A program made the translations under genes and the position numbers. Under the pieces are notes generated by a model, which was not told where the DNA came from, did no database searches, and saw only the letters and a list, made by a program, of their open reading frames with translations. Positions 13,870 to 27,292 of a stretch of DNA of 64,000 nt are shown piece by piece. The stretch is from Eledone cirrhosa (taxonomy: Eukaryota). The DNA lies in NCBI GenBank assembly GCA_964016885.1, contig OZ024740.1, positions 416,640,001 through 416,704,000 of the forward strand, read 5' to 3'. The stretch's first letter is position 1. Every line of letters starts with the position of its first letter.

Positions 13870-14345
13870 AATATTATGCAAGGATTACCATGAACACTAC
13901 ACTGGCCAAACAGCACTTACACTCTGACAAAGGATGACAGCCAACAAATCAGAGACGCACACACTAGAAAGATCCCTCTTAGCCAACATAAAGAGGAATG
14001 CAGAGAGCAAACTTTACCAAATTTCAATGTCTTCCCATTCTACCAATGTTGCTAGTCAACATTAGAGGAAAAACACATTGGGGAAGACAAATTTTTATAG
14101 AAAAATTTAGACCAAAACTTAACGTTTCACATACATAACCTTTGATACCTGGTTGCACCAGAGTTACGTCACTTGTCAAGAATTGTGTTCTTTTTTTTTC
14201 TTTGACATAAGGGATCAAAATGCTATCAGTTGTGTCCCTTGTTTTATTAAGAACATAAGCAACAATAACCTTACAAATGGAAAACTAGTAAATTAAACAT
14301 GAAAAAACTTTTGAAAAACCATTTTAGGTGAAACCGGTCAAGTAC
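13870..14345 (+). mobile_element. Degenerate Penelope GIY-YIG C-terminus plus 3' UTR with decayed hammerhead
   Basis: Manual translation: CKDYHEHYTGQTALTL*QRMT..QQIRDAHTRKIPLSQHKEEC...FNVFPFY...FIEKFRPKLN. Decayed hammerhead CTT TTGAAAA ACC attttA GGT GAAACCGGTC AAG at 14308-14342. Confidence 0.65.
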
Positions 14346-14431
14346 AAAGATATTTTTTTTTATATCAATCATTTTTTTCGGTGTTTTTTATACGCACAAC
14401 ATGTAAGTACAAAACTATATATATATATATA

Positions 14432-16883
14432 CTAGCAGAAGTGCCCGGCATTGCTCGGAGTTTAATTGCTTTAAAGTACTTTTAATGATTCCACTCAATT
14501 ATGAATATTGAGGCATTGAAAGTAAATATGGGTAACTTTGAAAATATACAACAATAGCATCTACTCACCATGTGTCAGACCGGCAAGACTGTAGTGGTGC
14601 TGAATAGAGGAGTCACAGCACCTCTCTGTAGACCACATTTTTTGTTCTGCCTTTGGGCGCAAGTATGAATAAGTTCTGCTTGCATCCCACTCTTGAGCAT
14701 TCGACGTATAATTGGCCGTGTGAGAAGCACGGCTGGGCTAAATGCAGGCCCGCCGTTGATAACGTTTGGCCTTGGGACTTGTTGATTGACGTCGCGAAGG
14801 AAAGTTTAACGGGGAATTGAAGTCGGCGCAGTGTACAGGGGCATTCCGTACCTGATGGAGTTAATGGTATTCTGGGTATGAAGACGTTTTCTCCAGCGTC
14901 GCAGCCCATGAGAATTGTGGCTTCAATTACATGCGGCAGGAGGTTTCTTACCACTAACCGTGTTCCGTTGCAGAGACGCGGTGGTTCCAGGTTCCTCAAC
15001 AGCATGACTGGAGTCCCAACTTTGACGCGCAGTTCATGAGGTGGCAGTCCAGAGAGGTCCAAGGAATTGAGGAATTCTGTTGGAAAATCGTCAACCTCAT
15101 CTTTGTCCACAACTTTGTCCACAGATTTGTAGGTACGGAGGTTTCCAGGAATGTGTTGCAGAAGGTCCTCATTGATTTTTGCAATGGAGACATTTTGGGG
15201 AGTCAATATGGCGCTATCGCATAGCCAACTATTGTTTTTGTAGTTGGTCGCCATAACGGGAAAGACAGAGGCTGTGAGGTCGTAAACAGTGTCGACAACG
15301 GTGCCTACTTGCGAGACTGCCATTTCTCCAGCTGCATCTGAAGGTGCAGTGCCGTCACCAACTGTTAAGAGGTCCTTTGAGAAGTCGGCTGCTGAGTGGT
15401 CGCCGAGCAGTTGGGCTCTCATGTTTGTTGTGAGGGTCAGGATTGTCACTTCCTGCCACAGGGGAGATGACTTAATGCAAGCCCCCACAGTGTCGGCCCT
15501 GGTGGCTTTTGGAACAACTGGAAGAGTTTGTCGAAAATCGCCAGACAGCAGTAGAGGTACTCCTCCCATCGACCGGTTGCATTCCCTGGTGTCTCGTAGG
15601 GTCCTGTCTAACGCCTCAATAGGCCATTTATGGGCCATTGTGCATTCGTCCCACACAATTAGGTGGCATCTTTTCAAGACTTCAGCTTTGTCAGAGTCTT
15701 TGGTGATGTTGCAGGTTATTGTGTCGTCTAAAGTCGTGTTGAATGGTAGTTTAAATGTGGAATGTGCTGTCCTACCCCCGGGCAGCAGAGTTGCGCCAAT
15801 GCCAGAAGAAGCCACATCCAGGACGATTCCTTTCTGCTGTCGCACTTTGGCGAGGAGGAGTTTATTGACGAATGTTTTACCAGTTCCTCCTGGGGCATCC
15901 AAAAAGAAGATACCTCCCCTGCGTTGACGAATGGAAGTGCAAACTGTGTCATACGCCCGCCGTTGGTCCTGCAAGAATTTCGGCTCGTTTTCGTTGATGA
16001 ACAGTTCGAGGGCGTAGACGTCGTAGGTAGTTTCCTGAATTATGCCCGTCGGAAGTTCGTCCGAGCCCGTTCGCTGAACTTTTGGTAGTCCATAGAATGG
16101 AAGGTCATTTCCGCCGGCAGTTAGGATTTTGTCCTCGATGTCAATGAGAGCTTTGTTGAAGAATTCGTCGCTGAGTCGTACGTCAGAATGAGGGAGTAGC
16201 AGTTGTCCTTGGTGTATGTAGTCATCGGAAAGGTCCTCTTTGTATCCGTCCCATAAGGAGGCAGGGTCGCTTAACTCGCATGTCTGCAGTAGCACCGCAA
16301 AGAGTTGCCGAAGAGTTCGCACTGAGCGTATTGTAGCTGCCTCCGCCAATGTCGCATCCCTCTAAGCGCCATCTTCCAGTAGCCCCGTCTAAGGTAGGCT
16401 GCGCGGAATGAAGTACAAAGCTCTCCGTTGATTGTTTTCAGATCGTCGAAAGATGTCGGTCTACCACCTCATGCAGTAGAAGGCGGAGATAAAAGCATTC
16501 CTGTTGGTTAGGATGAATGGTGTACACTCTCCCAAGGGTAGGAGACATTTTAATGTCTGGATCTTCCTCGACGGGTTGTCCTTTCACCCTTCTTAACCAA
16601 ATTCTGTTGTCTGTGTTCCATGTGTAGTATGATGGCACCTGAGAGTAGAAGATGGTCTTGGTGAAGGGATCGTTTCGACATAACTTAAAAAATGCCGTAA
16701 GTGTGTTGTCCTTGGGTTCCTCTGCTATCTCAGCAGCGGTGGAGGCGGTGAAGTAGACTCTTTGACCGTTTTCAAGGTGCACCGCCAACTGTTTGATTGG
16801 GGGTAGTTATGGTGTATTGCAAAGTGGAAGAATCGCCAGAACGCTTCATTGCTGCTGATGTATCGGGTTACTTCGTCTCGGTT
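14432..16883 (-). mobile_element. Helitron, 3' half (inverted), with 3' hairpin and CTAG terminus
   Basis: Continues NRDEVTRYISSNEAFWR, AVHLENGQRVYF, GRVYTIHPNQQECFYLRLLL, then the helicase. Minus strand ends CCGAGCAATGCCGGG hairpin (14444-14458) + CACTTCTGCTAG|T at 14432. Confidence 0.95.
14613..16349 (-). CDS. PIF1-family SF1 helicase domain of the Helitron RepHel (fragment of a broken ORF)
   Basis: DAPGGTGKT, IVWDECTM, GDFRQTLPVV, LCNGTRL, QFPVKLSFATSINKSQGQT, FSHGQLYV, TKNVVYREVL. Stops and frameshifts upstream. Confidence 0.92.
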   Translation of the reverse strand: MAEAATIRSVRTLRQLFAVLLQTCELSDPASLWDGYKEDLSDDYIHQGQLLLPHSDVRLSDEFFNKALIDIEDKILTAGGNDLPFYGLPKVQRTGSDELPTGIIQETTYDVYALELFINENEPKFLQDQRRAYDTVCTSIRQRRGGIFFLDAPGGTGKTFVNKLLLAKVRQQKGIVLDVASSGIGATLLPGGRTAHSTFKLPFNTTLDDTITCNITKDSDKAEVLKRCHLIVWDECTMAHKWPIEALDRTLRDTRECNRSMGGVPLLLSGDFRQTLPVVPKATRADTVGACIKSSPLWQEVTILTLTTNMRAQLLGDHSAADFSKDLLTVGDGTAPSDAAGEMAVSQVGTVVDTVYDLTASVFPVMATNYKNNSWLCDSAILTPQNVSIAKINEDLLQHIPGNLRTYKSVDKVVDKDEVDDFPTEFLNSLDLSGLPPHELRVKVGTPVMLLRNLEPPRLCNGTRLVVRNLLPHVIEATILMGCDAGENVFIPRIPLTPSGTECPCTLRRLQFPVKLSFATSINKSQGQTLSTAGLHLAQPCFSHGQLYVECSRVGCKQNLFILAPKGRTKNVVYREVL

Positions 16884-17958
<1,075 letters not shown>

Positions 17959-18130
17959 GGTAAACAGAAATAAAATACACGGCACAGTACATGGAAGGAA
18001 TATATTAGTTTAACGTTTTGAAATTGTAGGAAGAGGGTCTTAACGTTTCGGACGTTAGTCCTTCACCAGAAGAAAGAATGAGAAATTAAAGAAGAAATAG
18101 AAAGATTGAGGGGATGGGCAGGGCAGAATC
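17959..18130 (-). mobile_element. Second copy of the PLE pLTR fragment seen at 2529-2700
   Basis: Same GAAGAGGGTCTTAACGTTTCGGAC..AGTCCTTCACCAGAAGAAAGAATGAG core. Hammerhead at 18038-18073. Confidence 0.6.
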
Positions 18131-18164
18131 AGAAAAAGATTTTTAGAGAAAAATAACACATCCA

Positions 18165-18241
<77 letters not shown>

Positions 18242-18242
<1 letters not shown>

Positions 18243-18905
18243 TGATCTGTGCAGGATCTGTGGAGAGAGAGAGAGAGGAGACTGTGGCTCACATTGTATC
18301 CGAGTGTAAACACCTAGCCCAGACTCACTATAAGGGCTGGAGACATGATGTGATGGGCAGGGTGATCCACTGGCACCTATGCAAAGTAAACAATTTACCA
18401 CATTCTGAGAAGTGGTATGAGCATAAGCCAGAGTCGGTGATAGAAAACGATCAGGTGAAGGTGCTGTGGGATGTTAGGATACAGACGGACAAGAAACTGG
18501 AACACAATAGACCTGACCTGGTGGTTTTGGACAAGGAAAAAAGATTGTGTCTGATTGTGGATGTGGCCTGCCCATTCAACACGTGAGTGCAAGAGAAGGA
18601 GAGGGAAAAAATTAACCGATGCCAGGACTTAAAGTGGGAGGTAAAAAGGATTTGGAACTGCCATGAAGTTAAAGTGATCCTGATTGTCATAGGCGCACTA
18701 GGTACTATCTCAAAAGGTTTCCAGGGATGGTTAAAGAAAATTGGCCCCGCCACGCTTTTTGGAACGCTTCAAAAGGCATGCTTGCTGGGAACAGCAAGAA
18801 CCCTCCGATACGTCCTGAATATCTGAGGCTGCAGGTAGTGGCTTGATATTCATTTCAACAAACTTTCCAGTTAACTAACATCAATGACTGAGACTCAAAG
18901 AACAA
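18242..18905 (+). mobile_element. 3' fragment of a second R4/Dong-like RLE retrotransposon family
   Basis: ETVAHIVSEC..L....YK..RHD, HNRPDLVVLDK...CLIVDVACPF, VIGALG, LQKACLLGTARTLR, one stop. Ends near an AAT tail. Confidence 0.8.
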
Positions 18906-18918
18906 TAATAATAAGAAG

Positions 18919-19215
18919 AACAACTAAAATAATACCAGCGGTTGTAGACACTCAAGGAAAGATACCTAAGGGGTCTAATGATTACATATCCCAAATCCCA
19001 GGAAACCTGCGTATAGAAGAAATACAAAAGATAGTACTAATCAGAACTGCCCATATACTAAGGAAGATTCTGTCAAGATAAGTACATCACAAGTCTAAAC
19101 ACCTAAAGATAAATGTGTGTGTGTTCTTTCTGAACATGGCAGACGATGTTGTCTCTTAAGGTCACTGGTTGCGACTTGGTGATAACTCGTATGAACATAA
19201 AGCAAGATAAATGAA
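18919..19215 (+). mobile_element. Short 3' fragment of the R4/Dong-like family (diverged)
   Basis: Matches 37737-38035 (IPKGSNDY.SQIPGN.RI.EIQKIVL plus 3' UTR). Followed by (AAT)n and a SINE tail. Confidence 0.85.
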
Positions 19216-19336
19216 AAAAAAAAAAATAAATAAATAATAATAATAATAATAATAATAATTGTTTCTACTTTTGGCACAAGGCCATCAATTACCCAGTACA
19301 TTACTGGTACTTTATAATAATAATAATAATAATAAT

Positions 19337-21215
19337 AAGACATGGAAAACGACACTCCTTTTGAATAGTGAAACAAAATCACTGGAAGCTGGAGAAGTTA
19401 ATATTAATTGTGGAATTTTTCAGGGTGACTCTTTATCACCGCTTTTATTCTGCATCGCACTTATACCATTAAGTAAAATGCTCAATGAAACAAAACATGG
19501 ATATAAAGTCTATGACAAAACCATTAATCACTTGTTCTACATGGATGACCTGAAACTATTTGCAAAAAATGATGAACAATTGCAAGGGCTATTATCCACT
19601 GTGGATCAGTTCAGTGATGACATTAAAATGGAGTTTGGACTAGATAAATGCGCCAAAGCAACGTTCACCAGTGGAAAGCTGCTGAAGATTTCAGACATTA
19701 ATCTTGATCGAGGGAATGTGATAAGAGAACTTGATCAAGAAAAAACTTACAAATATCTAGGTGTTTGTGAAGGAGACGGAATCAAGCACTCGACAATGAG
19801 GGAAAGGATAAGGAAGGAATGTTACCGCAGAGTAAGAGCAATCTTAAGAACGGAATTGAATGCAAGGAATAGGATCGATGCCATAAACACGCTTGCCATA
19901 CCAGTAGTAACCTACAGTTACAATGTCATCAACTGGTCAAGCACAGAGATCCGTAGGCTCGATACAAAAATTCGAAAATTCTTAACCATGCACAGAATGC
20001 ATCACCCTAAGGCAGATATAGATAGAATATATCTCCCTAGGAAAGAAGGAGGACGTGGGTTAATCCAGTTAGACATTGCGTTGAAAACTGCAACAATTGG
20101 ATTATCTACATATCTAAGGGAATCACATGATTGGATGATCAAACTCGTTTTGAAACACGAAAGCATCAAAAGATCATATTCCATTACAAAAGATGCACAA
20201 AGATACAGTAATGGACTACAAATTTCAGAAGTCCCATTTACTGCTGAAATGGAAAACACAGAAAAAGCAAAGCAAAGAAAGAACTGCTACAGAAACTGGC
20301 TAAGAAATGGCAAGAAAAGCCTCTGTATGGAAAATACCCAGAGCGAGCTAACGATCCTGATGTTGACAAAACTTTAAACCATCAGTGGTTGGCATCCTCT
20401 GGACTGAAATCGGAGACTGAAGGACTGACTATATCAGCACAAGATCAGTGTCTGCCAACAAAAAAATTACCAAGCCAACATAATAAAAAATGGATGCAGC
20501 CCATTATGCCGTGTATGCAAAAAACAACCAGAGACCATTGACCATATAATTTCAATGTGCAGTCCTATAGCTCCAACCGAATACCTAAACAGGCATGACA
20601 GCTGCACAATACATACATTGGATAATGTGTAAGCATTTTGACCTGCCCCATCAAAAAAATTGGTGGGAGCATCAACCACCTCCCATACTTGAAAAAGATC
20701 ACATCTCAATCTTGTGGAACTTTAGCATCCAAACAGACCGAAAAATAGATGCAAATAGACCTGATATAATATTGAAGGACTTTAAAAAGAGGGTATGCCT
20801 GCTAATTGATATGTCTGTTCCAATAGACAAGAATGTATCTATAAAAACATTTGAAAAATTGAGCAAGTATAAGGACCAGGAGATAGAAATTGGAAAAATG
20901 TGGAAATTGAGAACTAAAACAATACCAGTGGTTGTAGGCGCTCTGGGAATGATACCTAAGGGGTCTAATGATTACTTATCGCAAATCCCAGGAAACCCGC
21001 GTATAGGAGAAATACAAAAGATAGTACTAATGGGAACTGCCCATATACTAAGGAAAATTCTGTCAATATAAGTATATCACAAGTCTAAACACCTGGGGAT
21101 GCATGTGTGAGTATGTATGTTCTTTCTTGAACATGGCGGACCTTGTTGTCTCTTGAGGTCACTGGTTGTGACTTGGTGATAACTCGTATGAACATAAAGC
21201 AAGATAAATGCAACT

Positions 21216-21217
<2 letters not shown>
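19337..21217 (+). mobile_element. 5'-truncated R4/Dong-like non-LTR retrotransposon (copy A), flanked by (AAT)n
   Basis: Near-identical to 36146-38042. Motifs GIFQGDSLSP, FYMDD, RPDII..D. Has a 16-bp deletion near 20273 and frameshifts. Confidence 0.93.
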
Positions 21218-21247
<30 letters not shown>

Positions 21248-21248
<1 letters not shown>

Positions 21249-24200
21249 TTTTCTTTATTAACCACAAGGGTTTACATAAAGTAGACATTAAGGACAGTAC
21301 AGGACAATACAGGACGGTACAAATGGGCATTTCTGCGTGTAAAGAACAAAAACAGAGGATGTAACAAAAAAATAACAATGAAAAATTCCCCAATAGGGGG
21401 GAGACTTCGGAGGGACATTTGTGGAGAAAGCCCAGTAAAAGGCCACAGTGACCCTGACCACCAAGGCAAGTGCCCTCTCCCAGTTTTCCACCTTTAATTT
21501 ACAGATACGTACTCAGAGTAGGCCCATTCACTCGGGCCATTCTTGCATCTCTCACCCATCTTTCAACAAAGTGCTGGGAAGAGAGCACTTCCCTTTCTCC
21601 CCTGATTTTCCTTTTCAAATGAAATTTGAAAAAGTTAATCAGGGCATCACCGAAGAGGTAAGTGCTCGTCTTCAGCCCTTTCAAACGTGTCCACCATACT
21701 ATCTCTTTCGCCATGGCCACCAGACATAAAAACTGCCTGCCCTTCCCGGCTAAAGGAAGAGGGCGGGTCAATCCTCACGATGGACTAAGATGATAGCCGG
21801 ATCCGTCCTACACGCGACAGCAGGTGTTCGACATAAACCCACAAGTCAGCAATTTTCGGACACAGGACGAGTGCGTGCAGGACGGTTTCGTCGCCCTGCG
21901 CGCATCTCGGACATGCCCGACTGACGGCCCCTCCATGCCTGTAAAGTTTATCCCGAACTGGCAAGGCTCCTCGGTAGCACTGCCAGGCCAGAGATTTTTG
22001 GAAGTTGTCCATAGGTCTCGGCCCGAAAGTTCTTCCGAAGAGATTGGCTAGTGGATTTTCGTCGACGCCTAGAGTTTCCCCAAGTACGTCGTCGCACTTC
22101 CCCTCCACTAATCCTCTATAGAACGCCGAGGTGGAGTTTCCACCGATCACATTGCCCGATTGGTCGAGGGCTGTGAGCGCCTGAAGACATTCCAGTCTCC
22201 AGGCGCTCCCTCTCGGTCTTCGCTTGACCCAGGACTGCAGCTCCGTCAAGGAAACGAGCTGGGGAAAAACGTGTCTAGCAAACGGCGACCACACCTGATC
22301 ACCGTCGAGGAAGAGGTGGAGATGTCGTAGCCTGAGCGCGTGCCTGCGCATCATCAGCCACGGCATGCCCAGCCCTCCACGTAGCGGGTGTTGACATCAG
22401 ATGGACCGCCTGACCATCAGAGCGCGTCCCTTCCACAAAAAGCGAAAGAGCAAACGCTCCAGCGCAGTCAGGCGAGGCTTAGGACAAGGTACGGCGGTCA
22501 GGCGGTAGCAGATGACAGACGCGATGTACGCGTTAGCCACCTCCGCTCGACCTTTCAGGGATAGCTTCCTCTCCGCCCATTTCTGGGTGAGAGAAGCCAC
22601 CCTGCTCGTCACCTCGTCCCAGTTTTTGTCCGTCTGGAGGTCCGGACCGAACCAGACCCCTAGCAATTTAACCGGGCCGTCCGTCCAGCGTCCGACGACG
22701 CTGTTGGACGGCATGGACCTGCCTCTCCAGCTGCCGAGCTGCAGGCCCACTGACTTTTCCTGGTTGATCATTGCTCCTGTCACCGCTTCGTATTCTCTTA
22801 GTGTAGTGCCGATCGCCTCGATGTGTTTGGCGTTCGACACCACTACGGTGACATCGTCCGCATATGCTGACACGGATCTTCCGCATCCTAGTTCGCGCGG
22901 GACGCCCCTCAACGTCTCCAGTTTGTGCAGTAATGGCTCGAGAGTCAATACGTACAAGAGGGACGAGAGGGGACATCCTTGGCGGACCGAGCGCATGATG
23001 TTGAACGGTTCCGAAAGGTGACCGTTCACTCTCACCACAGAGCAGATGTCGCTGTGCATGGCAGCGATCCAGCCTCTGAAGATGGGCCCAAAGCCAGCCG
23101 CCCTCAGGACTGCCGCTAGGTAACGATGGTCGACCCTATCGAAAGCTTTCGACTGATCTAAATTGATCAAGGACCCAACCGTGCCAGGTTCCCTAGCTAC
23201 ACTCTCTACGATGTATCACATGAGGTGGAGGTTGTCGTGGATGGATCTGTCGGGAATGGCGCATGTCTGCGCCTCTCCCACCAGACCACCAACGACAAGC
23301 GCCAACCTCTTTGCTAGCACCTTGGCCAAAATCTTGAACTCTGTGATTAGCAGAGTTATGGGCCTGAAATTATCTATGTTATCCCCCTTGTTCGGATCCT
23401 TTCTCAGCAGTGCCACCGCTCCTCGGCTCACAGAACTGGGAATTCTCCCGTTCTGTTGCCAGTTGCAGTAGACGTCCGCCAAGAGGCCTCTGAACAAGTC
23501 TGGCATCTGTACGTAAAGTTCATAGGGCAGACCATCCAAACCAGGCGATTTACCCCTTGTGCATTCAGTCATTGCCTCCCTTACTTCAGCGGCTGTTATC
23601 AGCTTTTCGCAATACTCCGCCTCAGTGGCCGAGAGCCGCGGCAGTCCGTCGAGGTAGACACTAAAGTCCATCCCTCGACCCGGACTACCGCTGCCCCCGA
23701 ACAGCTGAGTGAAGTGTCGCTGAAAAGTTTCACACATTTGCCCGGGATCGAGTAGCATGCGCCCGTCGTGGTCCACCAAAGCCGGACCGTGGCATTGTTG
23801 CCACGGCGCGCCTCCGCCACTCGGGCCCATTGAACGGATTTCGTCCCCTCGTGTCTGAGAGCACGCACCCTAGCTCTGACAACGCAGCCTTCGTGCTTTG
23901 CATTGAAGAATTGGTCAAGGGCCAATTTCGCCGCAAGCACGTCGGTCGCAATGCCTTTGCTAAGCGCCTCGTCTAATTTTCTAACTAGTTCTCCCTCCGC
24001 TCTATTTTTCTCTATTGCTAAAGCCTTACTAAACCTAATGGATTCTATTCTAATCGCTCTTTTCAGAGCAAACCACCACTTGTTGTTGACGATGGCCCCG
24101 TCAACGCCCGCTTAACTAGTTCGCTAATCCGGTCTCTGTAGGCTCTGCGCGCTAGTAAGGACGCGTTTGTCTTCCAGTAGCCGGGTCCTCGTCTATGAAG

Positions 24201-26632
24201 CCTATCTAAGTCAAGCACACAGATCACGAATTTGTGGTCGCTGTAGCTGACTATCTTGAATTGTGGACAGCCTATGCTAGACCTATCTATTTCCCTACAA
24301 AATACTCTATCTAGATATGATCTGGATGACCCTACGCGATTTGTCCAAGTCCACATTGGCACATTCGGGAAATCCAATCGGTACCTGTCAGACAGTTCAA
24401 AACGCCTGAGCAGGTTGATGAGGCTCTTGCACCCTCCACCCAGCATGCATCTAAGATCCCGTTCCAGTCGCCCACTGACACTAAAGAGCGGGACGTTCCA
24501 AGAAAGGTCTCCAGACACCGGAAGAAATCAGGCCGCCCTGCTCCTGTCGGGGCATAGACGGCCACTAGCCTGAAAGCTTGCCCGTCTCCGCTGGTTACGT
24601 CCAGCACCACCAACTTACCCTCTGGGTCCAGGAAGATGGCCCGTATGGCGAGATCCAAACCTCTCCAAAAAAGCACAGCAACTCCTCCCCCCGATCCAGG
24701 ACGGCTGGGAGATGCGTACACATCGTAGCCGCCAAAGATCGGTGCGAAGGCCCGTGCTTCGGAGATTCTGGTCTCGCTGATGGCCACTACATCTATGTTT
24801 AGTGACCTGAGGTCGTTGAGCAGGTGACCCTGCTTCCATGACGACCCCAAGCCACGCGCATTTATGCTGCCTATTCTGAGTGAGGTCATGTTTAAAATAG
24901 AGTGGAAAAGATGGGAAAGACCACTTACCGTACTTTTCGTAGAGGAGGGATGGTTTTTCCATCCCTTTTCACTTGATCGTCTGGTGAAGGGACCGTTGAA
25001 TCGTCCCTTCGGCTGGTCGTCGGCTCTTCTATGAGTATGTCCGAATATACTCTTCGGTTGAGTGTCCCTCCTAGGTCTCTGAAATCACCAACTGCGTTGG
25101 TGAATTTCGTTTTAATGTTTGTGTATTGTTTCTGTGCTATTTTTAGCAGTCTTATGTTAGTTGGCGTTTTGATTGGTGCTGATATTATGTAGTCGTGTTG
25201 TGAAATGTCTGTGTGTTCAATTATGTAAGTCATTAGTTTCTTGTTGTGTGTATTTATTGCCGTACATTTGTTTTTCTGGGGGTGGGTGTGGTTCTGCTAT
25301 TTTCTTGTCGTTGTTGCTGGGTGTGTGTGTTTTGTTGTTGTGTTTGCGATGTTGGTGCTTGTGGTGGTGGTGTTGAAGGTGTTGTTGGCGGTGGAGTTGT
25401 CGCCGGTGGTGATGGTGGTGCTAGTGTGGGTGGTGATGGTGCTGGTGGTGTTGCTGCTGTGAGTCTCTTTGCAGTAGCCATTACCCTTTTTCATTTCTTT
25501 CCTCCCTTTTCAAAGGCGACGATGCGCTGCTTCTGCGTTTGTGCCTTCTTACGACCTTTTGCCATCCCTCTCCCACCTCACACTCCATGTCTGATTCTGT
25601 GAGGTCGGGGAGGGGTACCAGCTCCACTCTTTCACTTGTTATTGTTGGTGATGTTTGCACTGGAGTCTCTGTTGCAGCTGCATTTGGTATTGCTGTTGTT
25701 GTTGTTAATACTTCCACTGCTGCTGCTGTTTTTGATTTCCGTGGCGTGGGTATGGGTGCCACGGACCTATCGTTCCTGGTTGCCGCTTGTCCTGTTGCTG
25801 GTAGCCGTGGAGCCGGTTTCGGAAGGAGGGGGGTTTTCTTCTTTCTCAGGGTCTTCTCGTTGCAGAAGGCCCTTAGGTGAGTCTTCGATCCACAGCGAAA
25901 GCATTTCGGGCGTTTGCCCTCAACACTTATGGGCAGTTGAGTGCCGTTATCGAAGTCTATCACATCCGGGATAGCTTCGATGCACTCCTGGTTGGTTTGG
26001 ATTAACATCTCAATGGAGGTGCCGACCCAATCTTCTCTTACTTTTTTCTGTACTTGCAGTACAGTTGTTTTGTCCTCGATTCCGACGAGGACAGACGCGG
26101 CCAGCAAAAAAGGGGCCATCCCGGGGGGGGACGTGAGTCAGTTTGACCCTCACAATTTTTTGCCCGCAGTAGGAGGGCACCAACACCATTTCCTCGCTCC
26201 TTAGGGTCACTAAGGATTGAGCCTTTGCCTCCTGGGGTGTGGCAAAAAGTACGTCGACGGTGGCATATTTCTTGCCTCGGGTGAGGCAAGAAATATGCCA
26301 CCGTGGACGTATTTGAGCCTCTGTGGCTCTTTCAACCCTACGGGATTTTGTACTTACTGTACGGTACGTGACCGTACAGTGCTGTTGGGTTTCGCAAAAT
26401 TTTTCCGCTGCCTTGCAGATTGCTCGGTGTTCTGTTTTTGTCACCATCTTCTTCGCTTCCTCTAATTCCTCATTTGTTATGAGGATGGTTTCCAGGTTCT
26501 TTGCGATACCTGCAAACGAGATTGGTTTTTCTTTGCTGCTGTTGTTGTTGTTGTTGTCGTCAGAGCTGCTGTTACTTTTGTTGTTGATGCAGGTACTACG
26601 ACTACTGCCGCCGCCGCTGTTGCTGTGGTTGT

Positions 26633-26666
<34 letters not shown>

Positions 26667-27244
26667 AATGCTGTTGTTGTTTATGCTGCTGCTGATGCTG
26701 TTGCGGCTGCTACTGTTGTTTTCCTTGTCACTGTTGCTGCTGTTATTACGGCTGCTACTGCTATTATTCCTGACGTCAGACGAATGAAATGGGTTTTCGT
26801 ATTTCCCGCACACCTTTTTCGTCGTTGTCGTCGTCGTCGTGGAGAAATCTTGCTCGCTTTGCACGTGATTTTTCTTTTCTGGCGTCGCTTGCGAAAGAGA
26901 AGGGAGGGAGAGAGACACATTTAGAGAAGGGAGGGAGAGAGACAATCTTCTCTCTGCTGTAGTGACGATTGAGGAAGAAGAAGACGGAATGAGTGGGAGT
27001 GACCTATGAAAATTCTTTTTCGTAGCCATGTTGTTTTTTTGTTTAAAATAAATATTGGGCACAAAACCCCAATAGGCGGTTATTTAACCCCGAAGGGCCA
27101 AATAACGGGCAGAAAGACCCCTCTCACGAGGAGGAGGGTGTTTTTGTCTACAAGTTGGTTAAAGTTTTAAACAATTTACAATTGTTATAGCGGTCAAAAT
27201 TTACAATACCTTACAGAGCCGAGCCTCCGTCAACCATAGCATTC
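21248..27244 (-). mobile_element. Full-length L1/Tx1-clade LINE (copy A, frameshifted) between (AAT)10 and (AAT)15
   Basis: ORF1 (about 27029-24925, broken) with CCHC knuckle CFRCGSKTHLRAFC. ORF2 (24889 to about 21400) with APE (SINARGL, ISET, VYAP, GDWN, YLDR, SDH), RT (KSPGLDGLP, FRPITLL, DQSKAFDRVDH, RQGCPLS, AYADD) and CPRC..ETVLH..C. AATAAA 6 nt before the end. Confidence 0.93.

Positions 27245-27290
<46 letters not shown>

Positions 27291-27292
<2 letters not shown>

Noticed and set aside
15289-15927. Antisense ORFs over the helicase, Tx1 and R4 coding regions
   Set aside because: Shadow ORFs of GC-richer or low-complexity coding strands with no independent motifs.
14613-16349. Host PIF1 gene
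   Set aside because: Intronless, contiguous with Helitron Rep motifs, and followed by the Helitron hairpin-CTAG end.
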